Below are positions 21,077 to 31,300 of a stretch of DNA of 64,000 nt, one piece after another. Made by a program: the position numbers and the translations under genes. The DNA lies in the NCBI GenBank assembly GCA_943356465.1, contig CALREX010000004.1, positions 112,448 to 176,447 of the forward strand, given 5' to 3'. The stretch is from Candidatus Peribacteria bacterium (GTDB lineage Bacteria > Patescibacteriota > Gracilibacteria > UBA1369 > LOWO2-01-FULL-3). Within the stretch, counting starts at the first letter, position 1. The number at the start of each line of letters is the position of its first letter. The notes under the pieces were generated by a model. The model did no database searches. It saw only the letters and a program-made list of their open reading frames with translations, and was not told the DNA's origin.

Positions 21077-21748
21077 TTATTTACATTCTGCCGAAGTGGC
21101 ATCAATAAATTTTCCTGGGAATCTTAGTATTTGATTTTTTACTTTTGCCAAAGCGATCTTATATTTGACCATGCCATTTAAAATGCTCACGTACTTTTTA
21201 TGAGCCGGATAAGCTATTCGAAATTCATCATAAGCGGATATTGTTGCTTCCATTACAGTCCTGGCTTGTGTGTACTCTTTGTCAATCATCTCATCACGAG
21301 CGGTTTTTTGATCCAAAAGATTTTCGGCGGTAGGATTACTTGGAAGATTTTCAGTAGGCAAAAATCCTTTCATTTGATTTAACGTATCAACATAAGCAAG
21401 ATAAATATCCATCGCTTGCATTGAAATACAGTAAGTACTTACATTTTTTTCCCCGCATTTTTCAACATAATTCGATGAGGTAACATCCTTAGGAGGATTA
21501 AAATCGGGGTTTTTATAAAAATCCTCACCTCCATCAGTCATATCAGTTAGCATGGCAAGTTTATCATTGAAATACTCATTCATGGATTCATGATATTTGG
21601 CTTGCACAAAGAAAAAACTGGCAGTAGGAACTTTGAAGTCATAATAACCTTTTTTCCCTGTTTCAGCATAAATTGCATAACCTCCACTTATTAAAAATGT
21701 AGTTATTAGTGCTGAAACAAAACTGATTATTATATTTCTAAATTTCAT
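21077..21748 (-). CDS. Secreted helical hypothetical protein
   Basis: 223 aa. Signal peptide …YAIYA|E. Cys pair in CGEKNVSTYC. Ends FPGKFIDATSAECK. Confidence 0.8.
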   Translation of the reverse strand: MKFRNIIISFVSALITTFLISGGYAIYAETGKKGYYDFKVPTASFFFVQAKYHESMNEYFNDKLAMLTDMTDGGEDFYKNPDFNPPKDVTSSNYVEKCGEKNVSTYCISMQAMDIYLAYVDTLNQMKGFLPTENLPSNPTAENLLDQKTARDEMIDKEYTQARTVMEATISAYDEFRIAYPAHKKYVSILNGMVKYKIALAKVKNQILRFPGKFIDATSAECK

Positions 21749-21751
21749 TTT

Positions 21752-22345
21752 TTAATTTGTAACACATTTGTTTAAGAAACCGGGCGATTTATTTTTAAAT
21801 GTAGAGAAAAATCCATACATTTGTGAAATTTCAGAATTCAAGTCTTGAAGCCTGTTGTCGATAGCTTTATATTTTTCAATAAGCATTGTGGCTTTTTTTT
21901 GTGCACTATTACTCCTTACATAATCCATAAGTTTTTGCTTCGCCAGAGAAATATATGTGTCAGCAATTTCACGACATATTACATAATTTGTATATTCTTC
22001 ACTTTGTAAGTTTCCAAGAACATTTGAATTCAAGGTAACCATTCCAAAAACTAAATTAATTCTTCTTTTATATGCCATGTATTTTGCTATAGATGTGTTT
22101 AAAAGTGTTGTGTCAGAGCTTTTATTTTGAAAATTTGTTTCAAGAAATTTCAAAAATTCCAAAGTATCTATATCGTAAAGAGGAGTAAGCCTTTGCCTGC
22201 ATTCACTTAACGGAGCTGATTTCAGGGAAGTTTCAAGATTTTTTTTCATACCTGTAAGTTCAGGAGGAAAATCTTCAGCAAAAGAAATAGCGGATATTAA
22301 AATGCTTATAGTTAAAGCCAAAATGAGGAGTGAGGATTTTTTCAT
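21752..22345 (-). CDS. Secreted helical hypothetical protein
   Basis: 197 aa. Signal peptide …AISFA|E. Ends KNKSPGFLNKCVTN. 4 bp after the giant gene's stop. Confidence 0.8.
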   Translation of the reverse strand: MKKSSLLILALTISILISAISFAEDFPPELTGMKKNLETSLKSAPLSECRQRLTPLYDIDTLEFLKFLETNFQNKSSDTTLLNTSIAKYMAYKRRINLVFGMVTLNSNVLGNLQSEEYTNYVICREIADTYISLAKQKLMDYVRSNSAQKKATMLIEKYKAIDNRLQDLNSEISQMYGFFSTFKNKSPGFLNKCVTN

Positions 22346-22349
22346 AATT

Positions 22350-25300
22350 TTATTTTACAACATCAATTGAATTACTCTTAGAGAAAATATAATTATCATC
22401 TTTATTAGAGATAATTGTGAAAAATCTATCTGTCGGTAAAATCATACTGCTGTTTGAAATAGTAGATTTACAAGGGCAGGTATTGCATTCTCCAGGCACT
22501 ACATATATACCCGGAACAGATTCTTTCTTGGTAAATTCAGTCGTAACTTGTGATTTATCATCGCTTGGATCAAATATGTCAGTGCCATTTTTTAGCTCAG
22601 TTGCATCATCCGTGCCGCCGCCATCAGTATCTTTTGCTATCGGTTTATTTTCAAAACAGTTATAAACATCAAGAACTCTGCCGGCAAGAATAAACAAATC
22701 TCCACGTGTCATAGCCTTTTCAGGTGTCTTTGCCTCATCGGTGGTAACAATGAAATTGTTTTTTATAGCTTTATTCTGAGACAGGTATTTAGTAAGATTC
22801 TGTGCTGCTTGCATGAAATTTACATACCAAGGAATACCAATTCGAACTTTATCAACATTGATTACATTTTCCATTTGAAGAGCACCAAGAATAATTTTCA
22901 CAGCTTCAGCCAAATTTATTGTATTTTCAGGTTTGAAAGGATGTAAATTCTTCGCGTCACTTTCTCCACGATATCCATCTATAAGAGCCCTCAACGCCGC
23001 TTCTTTAATATATGGATAGAACCAATCCAGAGGCTGTTTGTATTGAATATCTGAGAATCCACCATGTGCTTCGTCAGCAGAATAAGGCTTGTATGCTTCA
23101 GGTCTTGGTTCTATACAAAGCATTTTCAAAAGAATTTTTACAAACTGACTTCTGTTCACCAAATCATCAGGTTTAAGATAAACACCATTCTCGGATTTTA
23201 TACCGTCTATAATATCTTTTTCATAAAGATCATTCGCTATTTTCTTTAGATCCGAAGATAAATTACCAAAATCCGCGAATGGAGAAACAAATGCATTAGC
23301 AGATTTTTCAAGTGTATTAGCATTTGAAGTCTTGGCAAAGGGAACATCTTTTGCTCCAACAATTTTTGCAGTAATAGTATTGTTTACATGTACTTCAGCC
23401 ACAACTTTTTCATCAACAATAAGATTCATAACAAGTGGATCTTTTGTGTAATCATTGGTTTTTTTCATTGCCTTAAGCCTATTATCCAGCACTGTGATAT
23501 TTCCGGAAGGTTCGATTGCGGCAAAAAGAATGTTATTTTTGCTGTCAACGATAGTTGCTCCACCTGGATTAAATTTATTATCAACAGGCAAAATTTTCAC
23601 ATCAATTCCATCGTTAGGATTCAAATCAATAACATTTGTTCCATATAAATTTGAAGAATTTATGTCAGTATTGGCATCTCCGACAATATAAACTGTGGCT
23701 TCAGTGTATCCATTTTTATCAATGATTGTTAGGCTTGTAGAAGCCATATTTGATTTATTTGCAGTGTTTATCTTTACTTCGTATCCGTCAGCAAGCTCAC
23801 CTATACTTCCGGTTTTTGGATTTATTTTTGCAATAATTTTCCCATTTTCATCTTCAATCAAAATCATGTCATCCAAAGAAAAATCTTTAATATTATAGGA
23901 TCCATCATCATCAGTTTTATATTTTCCATCTTTATCAGCAGAAGATGTTTTGATTTTTTCAAGTTTAGGAACAAGAGTAAGATTGCCATCCACAGATCTA
24001 TATACATAACGTTCTCTCATAAGACTGAAAGGAAACTTTGCCAAAGATGGATCAACTTTTCCCGAGGCTATAGGTGTTCTTTCCAGAGGTTTATCCAAAG
24101 AGATTTTTGGAGCAAAAACATTTATTGTTATCTTTTCAGATGACGAATTTCCTGAAGCATCAACAACATTTAAAATAGCATAATGCATACCGATATCCCC
24201 TTCATTTACAAAAGGTCCGATATTGAATTTTGGGTTACTCTTGTCATTTGTTGGATTGCCGTCACCGTCTTCATCGATAGATAGATTTACATCACTCCAT
24301 ATTAATTTCGGAAACTGAGTGACATTTTTCTTGTCACTTTCAAAAGGCAGCATCTCGATCGAATATTCTGTAACTTTCCCATTTGCATCAAAAGAATTCT
24401 CTGCATCAAGAACAAAACTTTGAAATATAGGGACATTGAAAGTCGTTTGAGATATCGCAGGCAAAGGTGGTTCTTTATCGGAACATAAAGGTGCCTCATA
24501 CATCGGATAGTAAGAGATGAAGTTCACTCCATTTTTCAAAATATAATCCGAAACAGCACTATTTGAAGATGAAACATATATGTCACCTTTCTTTGATTTA
24601 GGTGTTTCTTTATAATTTAATTTTAGATAAACCTCTCCTCCCATCGATAAAACAATATCTTTGTCGCTGTCGCCATCGCTATCAATGAAAAGAGTATTCA
24701 CAAAACTGCCAAGCTCCGAAGTATAATTCAAAACACTTTCATTTTTTCCATCAGCTACTATATAAAATCCTTTTGGCGCACCGCCGGAATCTGCAGACAC
24801 AGGATCGATTTTTGAGGCATCACTTGGCTCCAAAGCTATCATCTTTTCTTTCGTTTCATCAGTGAAAAGAGAACCTTTTATCTGTTGCTTATGGTCTACA
24901 GATAAATCTATTTTTTGTAAGGTATTATCAACAAATAGATTTTTTTTGCTTTCATCCTCAGCAATAAACTTCATAAATTCATCGTAGTTGTTTATCTTCG
25001 ACAAGACATCATTATTTGATTGATTCAAATCGTTTGCATAAGCCAACATGCTGTTTCTTATGGCATACATTTTTTCCATTTCAGGATAATCTGTAAATGA
25101 ATCAATATTTAAATCTTTTATATCTGAAAGTTTCTTATTAAAAATAGGATTATCTTTTTTCAAAACAGATTCTGTCGCAGTTAGATAAAATTTCTCAGGA
25201 TAATTTTTATCCAAATCTGCAGAAGAGACATATTTATTAATTTCATCACTGAAAATTTTAAGTTCATTATTAAGTTGAACAAAAACTTCAGGAATGGCCG

Positions 25301-28300
25301 TCTGTTTTTTAACAGCATCTTTAACGTCATCAAGAGCTTTCTTTGTAGTATCTTCAACACCGGAAACACCTTTTTTTACAGCTTCTTTGGCTTTTTCCGC
25401 CGCTGCCTCAGTAAGTTTCTTAACAAGATTATTTACAAATGTCTGGAATGGCAAACCTGTAAATTTATTAATTCCATCAACTATTTTCTTTGTTTGTTCA
25501 TTCATTTTATCAGCTCCAAGTTTTGCTATGTAGTAAATAAAACTTGTATCAATTCCAAAATTCAATTTTGCTTCTACTTTTATTTGATCTACATAATCAT
25601 ATTGAATAGCAGGCATTTGAAGTGAAAATTGCTTAAGAATAGGCAAGATGGATTGTGCAGACGGTTGAGTCAAAGTCTCTATCTCTGTAGCAAGACTTGT
25701 CTCAAGAATTGGAACAAGTCCTTTTTTCAAAAGACATAGAATCTTTATAACTTTTTTAAGACTTGCAACTATTTTTAATGTTGCATCAGGTAATTTTGGA
25801 ATTTTTGGAGGACGTGGTAGGTCAGGCAAATTCGGAAATGCAAGATTTGGAAGATCAGGAATATTTGGCATAACAAATTCAGGAAAATTTTTGATCCAGT
25901 CGGGAATATCAAATTTTGTATCTCCAAAAATTTTCGAAATATCAAGAGTGTAATCATCAGGAATAACCTCAGGAAGCGTTATTGTAGGAAGATTTGGTAA
26001 ATTTATAGACTCAGGTTTAAACACAATATCAGGCCATACGATATGTACACCTGTTTTTATTTGAGAAACATCAAAAACAATATCAGGCCATTTTGGCAGA
26101 GGAATTACAGGAGGATCCGGAATATTTACAAACAAGCTAAGCAAAAGACCAAGCTTACTAAATCTATCGCTTTTATTACACTCATTACAAGATTTTTCAT
26201 AATCTATTGATAGATCAAATATAGCATGCCAGTTTTTGAATGTTTTTATGGCATCCGCAATAGCCTTAGTCCATGATGCGGCTATTTTATTTTGACGTTT
26301 GATATATCCACCCATAAATTGCATTACGCTGTCCATATAACAAATAATCTGTGTCGCATACTTTGTTTCAAGACTTCTAAGTTTTAAAATCTCAGATGGC
26401 AATTTCGCAATTTTATCCAATTTATCCATCAAAGTCTTGATGGAAGTAACGTAGCTTTTTAAATTTACAGTTACTTTATCGCAAAGAGTTTTTCTATAAT
26501 TATTTTCATCACACTTCCAATACTGAGTGACTCTGTCGATTTCCTTGCCTTCAAAATCAACCCACAAAGAAGCCTGTCTCTTCCATTTTTCAATTTCAGC
26601 CTGTGTTAGGGCAGGAACTTTTATAAGTATTTCTTTTCCTTCAATTTGAATAAAAGGAATTGAATTTACAGCTCGTAGGAAATCATTTACGCTTTTTATC
26701 TTTTTAAAATTTTTACCTGCTGCAGCAAATTTTGCACCTAATTGCCCAAAATCAGGAATTATCAAATATATATCGGGGAAATCAAGAAGTTTATTGTAAA
26801 TTTCATCAGCCTCTTTATCCAGCCAGTTGGTAATAACACTAGGGAATCCAGGGATTCTTACATTTACTTTGCTTGCAGCAGAAATAGGCAATGTATCGCT
26901 TGAATAACTGTTCCCCATGGAGATAGCATCAGTACCTGTTGAAGCGTCTCCATTCGAAGTAACGGTTGAAGTGCCGATATCTGGATCGACAAATACATTT
27001 TTAGCTTTTGCAACAGCATCATTTATATCTTGAAGAAAATTCGGACATCCACCAAGCAAACTTGGAGGTATAGAAGTTGCATAACACATTCCGGCAGCAC
27101 CGGTAGGTCCTACACAAACAGCTGTTCCAAGTCCCATAGTTAAAGTAGGGGATATATACAAACGAACAGAAGAAACAGAATTTGAAGGAAGAAAAAATGC
27201 AAAATAAGGAGGATTTGGTGTTCCAAAAGAGATCACTGGATATCCCGGAGTTGCGCCACTTGGAGCCAAAAACGCATAATTATAAGGAATTGGCAAACAT
27301 CCTCCTCCGCTACACTTGAAATTGCTAAATGTCTGAGCTGCATTATAAACACTGTCCCCCATGCTCTTAAAATCAAGCTGTTTAATGGTCTGCCAAAGAT
27401 CCGGACAACCATTATTATCCTTGTCTGCAGAATTTGATTGAACCATTCCAGTCAAAGAATTTTTTATGGAATTTGGTATACCGCTTGTACCTATTGTCTT
27501 TATCAAATCTTTTGGAGATGGAAGTCCATTCTTTTTAAATTCTTTGTCATACTCATCTCCCAGCCCTTTTCCAGAGCTTTTTATAACTTTTTTCTCATAA
27601 TTCACATACTGATCTCCTATACCTTTAGAGTACAAATAAATAATATCGCCATTTGGATTTATACTCGGACGTACACGAATATCAGGATATTTGTCTTTTT
27701 CATATCCGCCAAAATCATATCCAATATCAAAATTTATAGAAGGGATTAAATCTACTGTGGATGTGTATTTTATTGTCCTCTTGCCATTTGCAGGGACAGA
27801 AATATTTTTTATTAACTTGGATCTCAGGCTCATTCCAGAATCTATCCACTCAAGTTTGTCAGTACAATTGGTGTCTGCACATTTAAGGCTGTCCTGTTGA
27901 AGAGTCATTGTCAAAGGAGTCAAATCTGAAACCATTACTCCATTTAGATTTGATCCTGATTTATTTTCAAGAGTGATTGTAAATTCTATCTTATCTCCTG
28001 AAGCAACAGTATTTCCATTCACATCCAAAGCTGTTTTTGTGGAAGAAGTAAACTCCGGAATCTTCGAGATAGGCTTGAATTTATATTGTTTATTGTCTTT
28101 TTTAAATTCATCGTTATCAAGAGCGCCAAATTCTACGAAATCTTGAGTTACTCCGTCAGGATTTGGAGATAGATTTTCCATGCCAGGCAAATAGACAAAA
28201 AGGTTATTCTTCATGTCGGTATCTGCGTTTATTCCATATCCGAAATTGAAAGAATTTCCATAATTTGTTTCTAGCCCTTTACATGATTTTCCGTCATTTT

Positions 28301-31300
28301 TGTTATAAAATATTCGAACATTTGCTGAAGCATCAGAAGTTACAAGATCATCACATCCATCTTTATTCATGTCATATCCTTTCATTTCATAAATTTTTCC
28401 GTCAATATTCAAATTTAAGGGCTTTCTCTCAAAGGTAGTGGCATTATTCATGTAAAGAGATACACATTTCTCATTTGCTTTACATGGTTCTTTCGGCCCG
28501 ACAACAAGATCATCATAACCGTCATTATTGGAATCTATCTTTGCTATACTATAAATTCCACTAGCTACATTTAAAATATATCCCTTGTCTCTGAATTTTT
28601 TATGTCCGCCTTCGTATTCCAAAAGTCTTACATGCCCATCTTCATAAGCCAATAAAATGTCATCTTTTCCGTCACCATTAAAATCAAAATTTATCATTTT
28701 ATAAACCTCATCTTCACCTTGAAAAAGAGGGGATCCTATATCTTTTGTATAGCCGCTAAACTTGCTGACCAAGTCTGTAAGCCAATTTTTGCCGACTCTA
28801 ACATTTGGATCTCCATAAATAATTCCATATTCAGATCCATAAGGAATACTTGATTCTCCGACAGAATTTCCTGCAGAAAAATAAAGCATATTTTTATTCT
28901 TATACTTGAATCCTGCTCCTGTATTTTCAGAGAAAGGAGTTGTCAAAGTATCTTTATCCAAGAGATAAAGTCCTTTAGGTTCACTTGTGGAAGCACGAGA
29001 AAAGAAAGAGGCAAAATCATATTTTGTATCTCCCGAAAGCAAAGTAAATTTCACTTCTTTTTCGCCTTTGAATTCTATGAGTGCAAAATCCTGTGAATCT
29101 TTTGTTATGACCAAGGAAAATTCATGTGCTTCGAATGTGTCATCTTTAAGAGGAAGTCTTAGTTCAAAAGATTTATCATTTATTGAAATTTTTCCATCAT
29201 TTGAAATTTTTACTTTCGTATCAATTCCTTGAGTCAAATAAAATCCATCGGATTTTTTTTCAAGTTTATAATCGCTGTCATCACTCAACATCGTCGCTTC
29301 TATATTTATATCTTTAGCCATTGCTATGCTTGCCTCAGCCAAAGTTTCTTTCGTATTAATATTTTCAAAAGAAATTTTCTGAGCATTTTGAGAGCTGTCA
29401 CTAACAGGCAAAACATTTGCACTAATATCATCAGACAAAATATCCACTTTTCCATATCCATCTATTGCTACAAGTTTTTTTGTATTGCTTGGTGTTTGAG
29501 TTTCTGCAGAAACTGCCTGTACATAGCCGTTTTGCAAGAATCCTTGTGCGATATTTTTTTCGGTTTCAGGATTTCCAAAGTCTCCTCCAAGTAATGAAAT
29601 ATACAAAGACTTTGCATTGAAGCCTGCCACTTTTTCGTAATTATATTTGTACGAAGTATCTTTTTGTTCTTCTTCTTTTTGCGCCTGTTCTTGCGTTTTT
29701 GGAATGTTCAGAATTATAGAACCAGAAGCAAATCCAGGAACATTCACATAAATTTCAGCATTACCAAAAGCCGTACTATAAGGCTGAAATACAGCCTCAG
29801 GAGCGCTTCCATTTGTCATTTTCACTGGAGCTGAAGGTACAAATTGTCCAAATGTAGAATTCAAAACTTTAAATTCTATAGGCCCACTGTAGCCGGAAAC
29901 AATTTCTCCATTTTTTGTTAATTGAGCCTTTATCGAATATTTATTTGCAGCAAGAGTAAGGCTTAGATTATCAACGATATTTATTATTTTTGCAGTTTCA
30001 GTGCCATTAACTTTTTCAAAATTATCATCAATCAAATAAGCGGAGATAGTAGACGATCCAACTGAATTTTTTGAATAAATATCAAAACTCACAGAACCTT
30101 CAAAAGAAGAAACCTGAATCCCATCTATATTTTGAAATTCATCAACTTTTGGATCTATGGAAATTTTATCATCTGTTTTTATTGTTGCCTTCGCATATGT
30201 ATTTACTTTTTTACCATTTTTATCTTTAAAGATGACATTCATCTTTGTCTTGGACTGGCCATTTGAGACAAGTACTGTGGAATCAGGAACCATTTCTATT
30301 GAAACAGCATCAAGAAATTCTGTGGCATTTCCACCCAAAGCATCAGCAAGTCCTTTATCATCGGGAATACTTTGTTCACCTGCTTTCTTTTCTTCTTTTC
30401 CTCCAATATCCAGAGGGTTTGGATTTATACAAACAGGTTTGAAATTTGGTTTTGAATCAAAGTATTTCAAAAATTTATCAACATCTTTCAAGAAATCTTT
30501 AAGATCAACAAACTCAAAATCACTTTCGCCATCTTTAGATGTAGTTGCATTTGGTGGCTGCGAATTACTTCCTCCTGCACCTGTTTGATCTGTCCCTCCA
30601 GGAAGAGAAGTTTTGCCTATTTCCACTCCGCCGTCGGCTTTTTTTACAAGACCGCCTTTTGAATTGAAATTTGTTTTGAAAGAATCTTTTGCTCCATTTA
30701 AGACCAAATAAGATGCTTCATATCCATTTACACTATCTCCAACATAACCATCTTTGTCAGGATTTAAATATCTAGAAAGAATATAATTATGTTTTTCATC
30801 CATTCCCAGTGCTCTCCACGAAAGTGCATCATAAATTTTTTGAGCCGATGCAGCATTTAAAATGAATCCATCGGGACTATCATCCTTCTCACCGTCAATA
30901 ATAATAGGCGATAAATATTTTGCCATTACTGCGTCATGTATCGCAATCAAGTCCTTATTTCCATCTGCCAAAATCTCAGATCCTGGTATTTTTGCTATTT
31001 GCCATGCTACGGCATCAAGTTTTACTTTTATCTGTGCAACATTTTCTGTATCAAAAACATTTGGATAATAAATTTTTTGAGTATTTCCATTTAATGCTTT
31101 ATCTGCGGGTTGGCTTACAAAAGCCACATAACGAGGATTATCAATAGGTAGATCTAAAGTGCTTTGAGCATTAACTTGGCTTAGGATGGTATAATTCGTA
31201 GGTTCATTGTGTATTACTGCGCTAGACAATTTTTTATCCGTACCATCTTTGTTTTTGTAAGCTGAAACAGAAACATTCAAAGTAATATCGGCTTTATAAT

